A DNA stretch of 63,940 nucleotides, filler included, from Deltaproteobacteria bacterium (GCA_030698575.1; 10 parts of 10 records of this genome joined end to end with filler, not necessarily neighbours in it), one strand, 5' to 3'. Numbered from the whole stretch's first letter, positions 19,067-28,526 are shown. Program-made: numbers and translations. Notes: generated by a model not told the origin, from the letters alone.

Positions 19067-19450
19067 ATGACCCTTTCGCGCTTCCGCCCCGTTTCGCCGC
19101 TCCTGATCGCCCTGGCCGCCTTGACGCTGCTTCTGGCCGGCTGGGCGCGCGAGGCTTCGGCGCAGCGACGGCTGGAGGTCACCCCCTACGAGCGCAAGTT
19201 CAAGATCGCTATCCAGCCCTTCGTGGGAGACAGCGCGAGCACCAGTGGAACCGGCGGTGAGATCGCCCGCGTCGTCTCGAGCGACCTGGACTTCACGGGC
19301 ATCTTCCAGCCGCTGAACCCGAACTCGTTCCTGGAGGATCCCGGGCAGACGGCCGGCATCGACTTCGACACCTGGCGTGTCCTGGGGGCCGAGGCGCTGG
19401 TCAAGGGCAAGATCGTGGACGAGGGGGGCGGGCGGATCGCCATCGAGGCG
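19067..19450 (+). CDS. tolB: TolB N-terminus (truncated by contig end)
   Basis: Signal peptide, IAIQPF, VSSDLDFTGIF, DFDTWRVLGAEALVKG. Confidence 0.88.
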
Positions 19451-19550
19451 NNNNNNNNNNNNNNNNNNNNNNNNNNNNNNNNNNNNNNNNNNNNTTAATT
19501 AATTAANNNNNNNNNNNNNNNNNNNNNNNNNNNNNNNNNNNNNNNNNNNN
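19451..19550. other. Artificial contig linker; identical linkers at 28527-28626, 37374-37473, 42409-42508, 45279-45378, 48492-48591, 51262-51361, 55381-55480 and 60437-60536
   Basis: N44-TTAATTAATTAA-N44 (six-frame stop linker). Confidence 0.98.
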
Positions 19551-19608
19551 AGTTTTCATGCGCGTTCTCCTCACTGGCCGGGTCAGAGCTATTCGCACGC
19601 AGGGCCGG

Positions 19609-19710
19609 CTAGAGGATGGTGAGCCAGGGTGTGAGCAGCACGGCGGCCGCCACGATGGCGGCCGCAAGCAGATACTCACTTGCGGGGTGCCGGGGTTTGG
19701 TCGGTTCCAT
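19609..19710 (-). CDS. Putative 33-aa single-TM small protein
   Basis: MEPTKPRHPASEYLLAAAIVAAAVLLTPWLTIL with GGGGAG upstream; another GAGGAG+ATG at 19559 starts a gene cut by the contig edge. Confidence 0.4.
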   Translation of the reverse strand: MEPTKPRHPASEYLLAAAIVAAAVLLTPWLTIL

Positions 19711-19912
19711 CAGCAGATCTCCCCGCCAGTGCCTCCCCCCCGGCGGCACCGGCGTCTCCACCTTGCTTATCGGCCCGGTTTCCCGAACCCTGAGACGGCT
19801 GGATGCGGCGCCTGCCAATCGCCTTAGAAATCCTTTCCTGGCAAGACTTTTCGGGAGGCGGGCAAGCGGACCCATGCAACCTTTGCGGGCGCTGATCGCG
19901 GGATCGATCACC

Positions 19913-19945
19913 GCGGGTTTCGTAGTGAGCGGGTTTCGTAGTGAG
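19913..19945. repeat. Perfect 16-bp tandem direct repeat in a divergent intergenic region
   Basis: GCGGGTTTCGTAGTGA x2. Confidence 0.85.
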
Positions 19946-20090
19946 TCGCGCAGGAACTCTTTCGCCCGCGCGGTTCAATCCCCTTTAGCAGACTTACTCG
20001 CGAAACCTCCCGAGCTGTGATAGTGGGAGATCTCCCGCGCGTGTTTCCGTCGCGGTTTGTAATCCCATAAACATCGAAGGAGGGTTTGCA

Positions 20091-20459
20091 ATGGCCATGC
20101 GAAAGTTCCTGCTTGTTCTGGTAGCCGTGCTCCTGACGATTGCCTACACCCCGTCCTCCACCCCTGTGGCCGCCCAAGCCGGCGAAGAGGCCGCAAATCC
20201 GTCGGGACTGCCCTCACCGGAGACCAAGGCCGACTATGCGCTGATGGCCGACAAATACGCCGACCTCGCGAAGGCCGCCCAAGCCGAAGCGGAGAGGCAT
20301 CGAAAGATGGCCGCGTCTTACACGGGCGGGATGAAGGCTACGTATCGGGAGCATATGATTAAGCATTGCGACAAGATCGTTACACTGCAGGAGAACCTGG
20401 CGGCGGAATATGAAGGGCTTGCCGAGGCCTACCAAAAGGAAGCGGCGGGGATGGAGTAG
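20091..20459 (+). CDS. Small secreted helical protein, possibly metal-binding
   Basis: AGGAGGG SD, signal peptide, helical mature part with H..MA..Y and HM.KHC; converges on the czc operon. Confidence 0.75.
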   Translation: MAMRKFLLVLVAVLLTIAYTPSSTPVAAQAGEEAANPSGLPSPETKADYALMADKYADLAKAAQAEAERHRKMAASYTGGMKATYREHMIKHCDKIVTLQENLAAEYEGLAEAYQKEAAGME

Positions 20460-20506
20460 CAGGTTCACAAGGCATACTTGGCGTGGATGTGCCGGCCGAG
20501 TCGCCC

Positions 20507-21013
20507 TCAGGGAGATGCCGGTCCGTCGCGCCAGTACTTTCTGCGCGCCCCCAGCAGCTTGAGCTTCTCCTCCATTTCCCGGAGGCAGGAAATTTCGCAC
20601 TTGTCGACGGGTGCTTCGAATTCGTGCCGGTGCAGGATCCGGATGGGTAGTTCGATTTCGGGCCGTAGCTTGCGCTCGGGCGCGTAGTGGATCGCCCCGT
20701 CGAAAGCTCCCAGTTCGTAAGTGCTGTCGCGATCCCCATCAGGCAGGATCCATCGCGCGATGCGCCGTAGATCCTCGTACACCGCGACACAATCGGGGCA
20801 GCCGGCCCTAGTTTCGTGGTCGGCGTGTTCGTAGGTCCCTTCGAGCCTCATATCAAAACCGACCTGCACCGTCCTTCCGCTCCTGTCGCGATTGTTCTCC
20901 GCCCAGACCTCCCAGCAAACCTGATGTTTCTTCACGAGTGCGCGCAGCGCCTGCAGCTCTTCCTGGCGCTTCTTCTCTTGTAACGCCTTCTGGTCCTTCT
21001 CTCCCGGGACCAT
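20507..21013 (-). CDS. Hypothetical cytoplasmic protein with H-x2-H, CxxC and C-x3-C
   Basis: GGAGGT SD before ATG 21013; EHADHETRAGCPDC and DKCEISC. Confidence 0.75.
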   Translation of the reverse strand: MVPGEKDQKALQEKKRQEELQALRALVKKHQVCWEVWAENNRDRSGRTVQVGFDMRLEGTYEHADHETRAGCPDCVAVYEDLRRIARWILPDGDRDSTYELGAFDGAIHYAPERKLRPEIELPIRILHRHEFEAPVDKCEISCLREMEEKLKLLGARRKYWRDGPASP

Positions 21014-21146
21014 GGCCTTACCTCCAGGCAAATACCCATACAGCCCGTGAAGCGATTCATGCGGCAGTGCGTACCATCCGTCAAGGCGCAGACGCCCATC
21101 CCCCGTTCGAAGGCGCGCAGCTTCTGCGGAATACACCCGCAAATTC

Positions 21147-21494
21147 TCAGACGGCGCCCTCTCCCCTTTCCCCCGTTGCGATTCGGAGCGCATCCTCGAT
21201 TCCGGCGACGTAGATCTTGCCGTCGCCCGCAAGCCCCGTGTGGGCGGCGGCACGGATGGTCTCCATGGCCATTTCTATCTGTTCATCGCGACAGACGACG
21301 TCAATTTTCACCTGGGAACGAAGCACCTCCAGATCCTCCTCGCCTGCGTGTTCATGCCTTGCCGTTTCTCGCCAGGCGAGCCCAAATCCCTTCACCTCAT
21401 GCGCGCTCATCCCGGTCAGCCCCTCGACGGACCGCAAGGCATGTACCACGCTCGCAAGCTTGTGTGGCTGGATGTAGGCGGTGATGTGTTTCAT
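21147..21494 (-). CDS. PII-family protein of the heavy-metal-efflux-associated type
   Basis: MKHITAYIQPHKL..V..AL...GLTGMS..EVKGFG..VKIDVV..AHTGLAGDGKIYV..I.DALRI.TGERGE.AV; ATGA overlap with the czcA stop. Confidence 0.9.
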   Translation of the reverse strand: MKHITAYIQPHKLASVVHALRSVEGLTGMSAHEVKGFGLAWRETARHEHAGEEDLEVLRSQVKIDVVCRDEQIEMAMETIRAAAHTGLAGDGKIYVAGIEDALRIATGERGEGAV

Positions 21495-24400
21495 TGTCCT
21501 GGCTCCTTCATCGAAGCGCCCTCCGGCGCCTCCCTGTGGGGTATCACTGCAAACCACTTGTAGATAGCCGGGATGACCAGCAGCGTGAGGAGCGTCGAGG
21601 TGACGAGTCCGCCGAGGACGACGGTTGCGAGGGGCCTCTGCACCTCGCTGCCCGTCCCGCTCGAAAGAAGCAGCGGCACGAGCCCGAGCCCCGCCACGAG
21701 CACCGTCATCACCACCGGCCGGAGCCGGAGGCAGGCTCCCTCGATTGACGCCGCATCGACCGAGTATCCGTTCCTGAGAAGCTGGTTCATGTAGGTTACC
21801 AGCACCAGCCCATTCAGCAGGGCAATGCCGAAGAGCGCGATGAAGCCGACGGTTGCGGGAACCGACAGGTGCTGCCCGGAGAGGGCGAGGGCCACGATTC
21901 CGCCGACAAGCGCAAGCGGGATGTTGAGGAAGATGAGTGCCGCGTTCCGGATCGAGTTGAAGCTCGAGAAGAGGAACAGGAACAGCGCGAGCAACGTGAT
22001 CGGCACCACGACCGCGAGGCGGCGGTTCGCCTCCTGCTGAAGCTGGAATTGCCCTCCCCAAGTCACGAGGTACCCCGGCGGCAGATCCACCGCGCGGGAA
22101 ATCGCCGCGCGCGCCTCCTGAACAAACGAGGCAATGTCTCTCCCGACAACGTTACATTGGACGGCGATGAATCGCTGATTGTTCTCCCGCGTTATCTGCC
22201 GCGGCCCCACGAGCTCGCGGATGGACGCAAGCTGCGCCAGTGGCACGTGCACATTCCCCGGCCCTGCCACGAGGACGTTCCCGATGTCCTCGACGGTTTC
22301 GCGATAGGGCGGCGCGAAGCGGACGTAGATATCGAAACGGCGATTCCCCTCGAGTATCTGCCCGGAAACCACTCCTCCGATAGCGGCGCGAACGGCTCGC
22401 TGGACGTCGGCGACATTGATTCCGTAGCGCGCCACCTCCTGTCGGTCCACCTCGATCGCCACCTGCGGCGTACCGCTCACCTGGTCGACCTGCAGGTCTT
22501 CGGCGCCCTTCACCTGGCCGACGACTTCGGCAATCTCGGCGGCCTTGCGGGCCAGCACGTCGAGGTCATCACCGAACAGCTTGATCGCCAGCTCCGCCCG
22601 CACACCCTCGAGCAGCTCATCCACCGTCATCTGGATGGGCTGGCTGAGATTCGTCGAAACACCGGGGACGAGGCCAATTTCCTCCCGGATCAGCTCTTCG
22701 ATTTCAGACTGACCCTCGCCGCGCCATTCCGATTTAGGGTGCAGGAGCACGTACATTTCGGCGCTGTTCACGGGATCAGAGTGGGCTCCCACCTCTCCGC
22801 GGCCAATGCGCGTGACCACGCCGGAGACCTCCTGGATCTTCATGAGGCGGCGCTCAACGATCTGTGTGATCCGCGTGCTCTCCGTGAGCGAGATGGACGG
22901 GGCCATCGTGAGACGCAGGACAATCGTGCCCTCCTGCAGCCTCGGTGTGAATTCGGAGCCCAGAAAGGGAAAGACAGCGGCCCCGAGGGCCAGCAGCGTA
23001 GCGGCGAGCCCGACGGCCAAGCCCCGACGGCGGGTGAAAAAGGTGACCATCGGCCGGTAGAAGCGAATCATGGTTTCCACGATCGGCCCCGCGTCGGATT
23101 CCCCGCTGTCGGCCGCCTTTCGCGGACGGCGCATGAGCAGATAGGAGAAAACCGGGGCGAGTGCGATCGCGAAAATCAGCGATCCGGTCATCGAGAGCGC
23201 AATCGTGTAGGCCAGCGGCCTGAAGGTCTTTCCTTCCACCCCCTGCAGGGTGAACAGCGGCAGGAAGACGATGACAATAATCGAGATCCCGAATGCGATC
23301 GGGCGCGCGACTTCGGTGCACGCCCGGGCCACTATCCGCAGGCGGCTCTCGCCGCTCGGCGCCCCACGAAGCATCCGATCGACATTCTCGACCATGACCA
23401 CGGTCCCATCGACCATCATGCCTATCGCGATGGCCAGACCGCCCAGCGACATGAGGTTCGCCGACAAGCCGAGAACCCCCATCCAGAGCGTTGCGAAGAG
23501 GACCGAGAAAGGTATTGACAGCGCCAGAACGACGCTCGCGCGAAAGCCTCCCATGAAAACCACGATCACCAGCGTCACCAGCACGATCCCCTCGAGCAAC
23601 GCATCGGTGACGGTCCGGACGGCCGCCTCGACGATTGTCTTCTGCTCGTAATAGGGAACGATCCGCACGCCATCCGGCAGAATCCCGTTGATCTCCTCTA
23701 CCTTCTCTTCGATATGCCCGATGACGGTCGACGCGTTCGTCCCGAAGAGCTTGATGACCATCCCCGACACAACCTCTCCGATCCCGTTGCGCGTTTGCAC
23801 GCCCCTGCGGATGGCTCCTCCGATCTCGATATCGGCCAGCTCGTGAAGAAACACCGGTGTCCCATCGACCGTCTTGATGACGATGTTCTCGAGATCTTCC
23901 ACCCCTTTCGCCAGACCGATCGATCTGACGATGTACTCTTCCGCGTTTCTCTCAATGAACTGCGCTCCGACGTTCAGATTGTTCTCCTGGATACGATCGA
24001 TGATCTCTCCGATTGTCACGTCGTAGCTCAGGAGCGCTGGCGGATAGACCCGCACCTGAAACTGCTTCTCCCACCCGCCTATACCAAGGACTTCCGTGAC
24101 GCCCGGAACGGTTTGCAGATGGAATTTGACCACCCAGTCCTGAAGGGTGCGCAGCTCCTCAAGCGACATTTTTCCGGTAGAATCGTCCAGGTAGTAAAAA
24201 AGGACGAGGCCCATGCCTGTCGAGATCGGCCCCATCTCCGGCTCGCCGAATCCCTCCGGAATTGATTCGCGCGCCTCCTGGAGCCGCTCGTTCACCACTT
24301 GCCGTGCAAAGTAAATATCGACGTCATCTTCGAAATAGACGTTCACCACGGAGAGCCCGAAGTTCGAGACCGACCGGACCTTCCGCACCCCGGGGAGGCC

Positions 24401-24619
24401 GTTCATGGCGGTCTCGACGGGGTAGGTCACATATTTTTCAACGTCTTCCGGTGAAAGGCCTTCCGTTGTCGTGAAAACCTGGACAAGGTTCGGCGAAACG
24501 TCCGGGAAGGCGTCCACCGGAAGGCCGAGATAGCTCCTGAACCCCGCCGTCGCGACAACCACCCCGAGAATGACGAAGAGCAGGCGGTTTCTCAGACCAA
24601 ATTGAATGATTCGTTCCAT
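21491..24619 (-). CDS. czcA: Heavy-metal efflux RND permease (CzcA/CusA family)
   Basis: LPVDAFPDVS, NLMSLGGLAIAIGMMVDGTVVMVEN, EGKTFRPLA, RLRPVVMT, GSEVQRPLA. Confidence 0.95.
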   Translation of the reverse strand: MERIIQFGLRNRLLFVILGVVVATAGFRSYLGLPVDAFPDVSPNLVQVFTTTEGLSPEDVEKYVTYPVETAMNGLPGVRKVRSVSNFGLSVVNVYFEDDVDIYFARQVVNERLQEARESIPEGFGEPEMGPISTGMGLVLFYYLDDSTGKMSLEELRTLQDWVVKFHLQTVPGVTEVLGIGGWEKQFQVRVYPPALLSYDVTIGEIIDRIQENNLNVGAQFIERNAEEYIVRSIGLAKGVEDLENIVIKTVDGTPVFLHELADIEIGGAIRRGVQTRNGIGEVVSGMVIKLFGTNASTVIGHIEEKVEEINGILPDGVRIVPYYEQKTIVEAAVRTVTDALLEGIVLVTLVIVVFMGGFRASVVLALSIPFSVLFATLWMGVLGLSANLMSLGGLAIAIGMMVDGTVVMVENVDRMLRGAPSGESRLRIVARACTEVARPIAFGISIIVIVFLPLFTLQGVEGKTFRPLAYTIALSMTGSLIFAIALAPVFSYLLMRRPRKAADSGESDAGPIVETMIRFYRPMVTFFTRRRGLAVGLAATLLALGAAVFPFLGSEFTPRLQEGTIVLRLTMAPSISLTESTRITQIVERRLMKIQEVSGVVTRIGRGEVGAHSDPVNSAEMYVLLHPKSEWRGEGQSEIEELIREEIGLVPGVSTNLSQPIQMTVDELLEGVRAELAIKLFGDDLDVLARKAAEIAEVVGQVKGAEDLQVDQVSGTPQVAIEVDRQEVARYGINVADVQRAVRAAIGGVVSGQILEGNRRFDIYVRFAPPYRETVEDIGNVLVAGPGNVHVPLAQLASIRELVGPRQITRENNQRFIAVQCNVVGRDIASFVQEARAAISRAVDLPPGYLVTWGGQFQLQQEANRRLAVVVPITLLALFLFLFSSFNSIRNAALIFLNIPLALVGGIVALALSGQHLSVPATVGFIALFGIALLNGLVLVTYMNQLLRNGYSVDAASIEGACLRLRPVVMTVLVAGLGLVPLLLSSGTGSEVQRPLATVVLGGLVTSTLLTLLVIPAIYKWFAVIPHREAPEGASMKEPGQ

Positions 24620-24628
24620 GGTTTCGCC

Positions 24629-25615
24629 TCAGTGCCCGTGATCGCCCGAGAATGACTCCCGGGACATTTCGGCCTTGATGGTGAACCCTCCGCGCGCGGC
24701 GTAACGCTCGCCCGCGGACAGACCCGACGCCACCTCAACCGAGCCCTGACCGCGCCGGCGCAGCTCGACCTCGCGCGCCACGAAGCCATCGCTCTCCTGC
24801 ACGAAGACGACCGGCTTCCCCTCGATGTGCTCGATGGCCGTCTCGGGGACGGCGACCGGAACCTCCATCCGCTCGGCGATAACCCGTGCCGTCACGAAAA
24901 GGCCCGGCAGCCACGTCCCCTCGGGGTTCGGCAATACAACGCGCGCGATTGCCGTGCGCGTCGCCTCATTAACGATCGGGGAGACGTAGGAGATCTTTCC
25001 CCGGGTTTTCTGGAGCCCGGGGCCGGCGGAGATTTCGGCAGCAGAACCGACCCGCACGAAAGGAAGGTCCTTCTGGTAGACGCTGATATCGACCCAGAGG
25101 TCGCGAAGATCTGCCACGACAAAGGCGGCCTGCTCACTCGAGACAGGCTCTCCCAGCGTCAGGTGCTTCTCGATCACCAAGCCGTCGATGAGCGTCTTCA
25201 AAGGATATGGAGACAGGGATTCGCTCTCGATGATCGCCAGCACCTGCCCTGCCTTCACCGCGTCCCCTATCCGCGCGCGAACTTCACGGGCGATTCCCGC
25301 GAAACGCGGCGCTATGTGAGCGAGCCGATCTTGATTGGGGCGAACTTCTCCGGGAAGCGACACAACTTTCTCGATAATTCCCGGACCGGCCGTTTCAAGC
25401 TCGATGCCGAACTCGCGCATCACTTCGGGGGACAGCTTGATTGCTTTCTCGGTCGCGTGATCTCCTTGCTCCTCTCCGTGCGGTGCCGTCTCTGCGTTCT
25501 GCTCGTTTGCATTCTTCGGCCCGCCGTCACCGCAAGCGGTGACGGCGAGTGTCCCCAGGAAGACCAGCCCGAAGAACAACCACGCCCAAGCGAGGGACTT
25601 CATTTGCCTAGTCAT
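24629..25615 (-). CDS. czcB: RND membrane fusion protein (CzcB family)
   Basis: Lipoprotein-like N-terminus, His-containing termini, VKAGQVLAII, TRTAIARVVLPNPEG.W.PGLFV. Confidence 0.92.
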   Translation of the reverse strand: MTRQMKSLAWAWLFFGLVFLGTLAVTACGDGGPKNANEQNAETAPHGEEQGDHATEKAIKLSPEVMREFGIELETAGPGIIEKVVSLPGEVRPNQDRLAHIAPRFAGIAREVRARIGDAVKAGQVLAIIESESLSPYPLKTLIDGLVIEKHLTLGEPVSSEQAAFVVADLRDLWVDISVYQKDLPFVRVGSAAEISAGPGLQKTRGKISYVSPIVNEATRTAIARVVLPNPEGTWLPGLFVTARVIAERMEVPVAVPETAIEHIEGKPVVFVQESDGFVAREVELRRRGQGSVEVASGLSAGERYAARGGFTIKAEMSRESFSGDHGH

Positions 25616-27035
25616 CCTCTTCTTCCTCTCCGGGTTCAGGGGCCTCGCCCGCGAGGGGGGTCCCCGTCAGCCGCTCGATGTCGGCCTTGGCCACATGGTA
25701 GGCTTGGAGCGCCTCGAGCTCGCGCAAACTCAACTCCGAAAGCCGGCGCTGTGCATCGAGAACATCCACGTTTCGGAATAGCCCGAGCAGGTAACCTTCG
25801 CGCACCGCCTCGTAGGCCTCCCGAGCGCCGGGGATCAGATCCGACCTCAGGCCTTCGACCTCGTCGCGGCGGGCGATCAGCTCCCGGTAGGCCGTGTCAA
25901 GATCGGCGTGAAGGCGCGCCTCGGCCGCCGCTTGCTCCTTCTGCGCCTTTCGCAAATTCCCCCGCGCGGCAGCGATCGCACCCTGGTTGCGGTTGAAGAG
26001 CGGAAGCGGGACCTTGAGTCCGGCAATGAAGGCGTTCTCATCCAGCTCACTCAGGCGCCTCGCGCCGGCCAGGGCTGTTACGTCGGGGAATCGCTTCGCC
26101 TTCTCCCGCTCGACTACCGCCTCTCGCCGCGCAACTTCGCGCTGCCAGCGGGCCAGCTCGGGGCTTCGCTGGAGCCGGTTCCGCAGCTTCTCCAGATCCG
26201 GGGGCTGCGTCACCGCGGCCAGATCGCCCTCGACGCGAACGAAATCAGGCGCCAGCGCGCCCCAGGTCGCGGCGAGCTGCGCGCGCGCCGACTCGAGACC
26301 GCGCCGCGCCGTCGCAAGATCCAGTCGCGCCGCACCCTCCTCCACGCGCGCGCGTTTCTTTTCGACAGGAGAAGCGGCGCCCGCCTCCACGAGCCGATCC
26401 ACCGCGCCCGCCAAAGACTGAGCGAGACGGTGTAACTCTTCCTCCAGGGCGACCATCTTTTGCGCGGTGTGGACCCGGGCGAAGGCCTTGACGACATCCG
26501 CGTAGATCTCCAGGCGGGCGGCCTCGTACTCCCAGGCCGCCACTTCCGCGTCAATCGTCGCCGCACGGCGCCGTTTACCACGCTTTCCGCCTGTCTCGAT
26601 GAGCTGACTGATGGCCAGTGTTCCCTCCGTGGCGTCGAAACCGCTCAGTTCTCCGGAACCCGCGAACTCCTCGAGCTCCATTTCGAGTTCCGGATTCGGG
26701 AACAGTCCCTCCTGAAGCGCATCACCCTCACGAACACGAATTTCCCATGAGAATGAAGCCAGCTTCGGGCTCCGCTCGAGCGCCAGCGCCAGCGCCCCGG
26801 GGAGCGTCAACGACTTGTTCGATTCCGGCATCGCAACGGGAGCGGGGTCACCCGACGGCGCCGCACCCGGCGCGGGCGCCCGGTATGCGGCCAGGGATGC
26901 GCCGAGCGGACGCGGCTCAACCTTCGACGCCAGCGATTGTTTGCCAGCGCATGCAAGGGAAGACACAGCAAGGCTCAGCGCGATCACCAGGACGGCGCGC
27001 TGGACCTCGCCGACGGCTTTTCGTTTCAGTAGCAA
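25608..27035 (-). CDS. czcC: TolC-family outer-membrane factor (CzcC-like)
   Basis: PNPELE, QLIETGGKR..R, PLPLFNRNQG, DVLDAQR. Confidence 0.92.
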   Translation of the reverse strand: MLLKRKAVGEVQRAVLVIALSLAVSSLACAGKQSLASKVEPRPLGASLAAYRAPAPGAAPSGDPAPVAMPESNKSLTLPGALALALERSPKLASFSWEIRVREGDALQEGLFPNPELEMELEEFAGSGELSGFDATEGTLAISQLIETGGKRGKRRRAATIDAEVAAWEYEAARLEIYADVVKAFARVHTAQKMVALEEELHRLAQSLAGAVDRLVEAGAASPVEKKRARVEEGAARLDLATARRGLESARAQLAATWGALAPDFVRVEGDLAAVTQPPDLEKLRNRLQRSPELARWQREVARREAVVEREKAKRFPDVTALAGARRLSELDENAFIAGLKVPLPLFNRNQGAIAAARGNLRKAQKEQAAAEARLHADLDTAYRELIARRDEVEGLRSDLIPGAREAYEAVREGYLLGLFRNVDVLDAQRRLSELSLRELEALQAYHVAKADIERLTGTPLAGEAPEPGEEEEDD

Positions 27036-27177
27036 GCGGACCTCCGATCTCTTCGGGCAGAAGGGCGCGCCTCGGTGGCGACCACAGAGGCAACGCTGCG
27101 ACGGAACGGAGCAGAAGCCAGAGATTCGAGCAGTTCAGGTTGATCGATTGGTGATTATGGGAACGGAGATGCTTGGA

Positions 27178-27642
27178 TCAGCAGATGAGCGGTATGGGGC
27201 CTGAAGCCGTCAGAGGAAGTGGGTCGATCGAAAAATGGCTGCTCCGATTGCTTCTGGAAGCAAGCAGACCGAGCGAGCCGGCAGGCGCAACACATGCGGG
27301 CAGGAGCGCATGAACGTACGACTGCAGGTCCGGACGATGGGGACTGTCGATGCGCAGGCCCGGGGATTCCTGAAGATCGATGCAAGGCCCGCAGCAATCG
27401 TCAGGAACGTGCAGAAATTCCGTATCGCCGGAGCCCAGGGCAACGCTACTGAGCTTCGCGGGGTCGGCGCAACGGCCCGCCGTCACCGGCTCGAAAGATA
27501 CATGCCCGCCCTGCTCTATGCAGAGGGCGCTCCAGGCGTAGGTGCCGGATGCGCCCATCAAGACGAAGATAAGGGTGGATGAAAGGAAGGCAGCGGGGCT
27601 GAACCGCGACGCCAGCTTCGTCCGCGTTTTGTCAGAAGCCAT
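27178..27642 (-). CDS. Exported Cys/His-rich protein heading the czc operon
   Basis: Hydrophobic segment, then LCIEQGGHVSFE..C..H..DCCGPCID; start uncertain (27642 or 27684). Confidence 0.6.
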   Translation of the reverse strand: MASDKTRTKLASRFSPAAFLSSTLIFVLMGASGTYAWSALCIEQGGHVSFEPVTAGRCADPAKLSSVALGSGDTEFLHVPDDCCGPCIDLQESPGLRIDSPHRPDLQSYVHALLPACVAPAGSLGLLASRSNRSSHFSIDPLPLTASGPIPLIC

Positions 27643-27728
27643 GTTCACAGGCCTCATCGGCAGGGAGAGTTTCTTGGCCGGCACACTCTGGCCGACCGGA
27701 CTTAGAACGTCAAGCCCGGAGGAGATGC

Positions 27729-28100
27729 TCAGCGGCCGGTTTTCTCCGCACGGTAGAGCGCCAGGGTCCCGAAGATGGTCGAGTATGCCCTTTCGTTCAT
27801 CACCCGGCTGAAGCCCGCCTGCTCGAGCAGCGCTGGAAGCTCTCCCCGCACGTTGGCCCGTGTGTTGTCGACGCCGTCCAGAAGCTGGATTGAGAAGAAA
27901 AGCGTTCTCATAAGGACATTCGCTGGCCTTCCCCAGTCCGCGACATGTATCTCGCCGCCGGGCCGGAGCACCCGGCAGGCTTCACGCAGCGCGCGCTTGA
28001 AGGCGCCTTCGCGCGTGGTGAGGCGCACGACGGGATCGTAGATCGCCGTCAGGAAATTGAAACGGAGGGCCGGAACATACTTGTTGTCGGCGGCTGGCAC
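27729..28100 (-). pseudogene. Class I SAM methyltransferase with an in-frame internal deletion
   Basis: N-terminal YVPAL...LT..YDPVVRLTTRE..FKRAL joins directly to post-motif REACRVLRPGGEIHVADWG; no SAM-binding LDxGCG motif. Confidence 0.7.
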
Positions 28101-28144
28101 GGTTTGCGCTCGCTGCGATGAGCCGCATGAAGGCCGACGGGAAA

Positions 28145-28420
28145 CTAGGGCAGCACCCGCCTGAAGGGCCGGACCTCCCAGCTCTCGAAGATCCCCCGGG
28201 TGACATAGGGATCGTGGCGCGCCTGCTCACGCGCCACGTCTTCTGAAGCCGCTTCGAAGATGATGAGCGAGCCGCTCCCGTCGGTGAAAGGGCCGGCCAC
28301 GAGGATCTTCTCCGCCCTCGAGAAGGGCTCGAGGTAGGCGAGGTGCTCCTCGCGGAACTGCTTGCGCCTTTCGGCGCCCTGGGGGCCGTCGCGGCCAATC
28401 AGGACGTACAGGGGGGCCAT
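28145..28420 (-). CDS. YciI family protein
   Basis: R...REEHLAYL..AGPFTDGSGSLIIFEA..DPY. Confidence 0.9.
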   Translation of the reverse strand: MAPLYVLIGRDGPQGAERRKQFREEHLAYLEPFSRAEKILVAGPFTDGSGSLIIFEAASEDVAREQARHDPYVTRGIFESWEVRPFRRVLP

Positions 28421-28421
28421 G

Positions 28422-28526
28422 TCATGCTCCTTCGCCGCCGCCCACGCGGCGGCAGTAACGATCCATTTCAGGAACGGTGCCGCGGAAGAGATTGGGATGC
28501 AATATTTCCGCGAGCACCTCGAGGCT
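28422..28526 (-). CDS. C-terminal end of a BtuF/Fe-siderophore-type periplasmic binding protein (partial)
   Basis: Manual translation SLEVLAEILHPNLF...GEGA*. Confidence 0.55.
   Translation of the reverse strand, partial: SLEVLAEILHPNLFRGTVPEMDRYCRRVGGGEGA

Noticed and set aside
21147-22061. 304-aa extended PII ORF (likewise the extended HIT ORF at 41425-42231 and GT4 ORF at 53704-55428)
   Set aside because: The N-terminal extensions overlap upstream genes out of frame; the true starts are 21494, 41844 and 54496.
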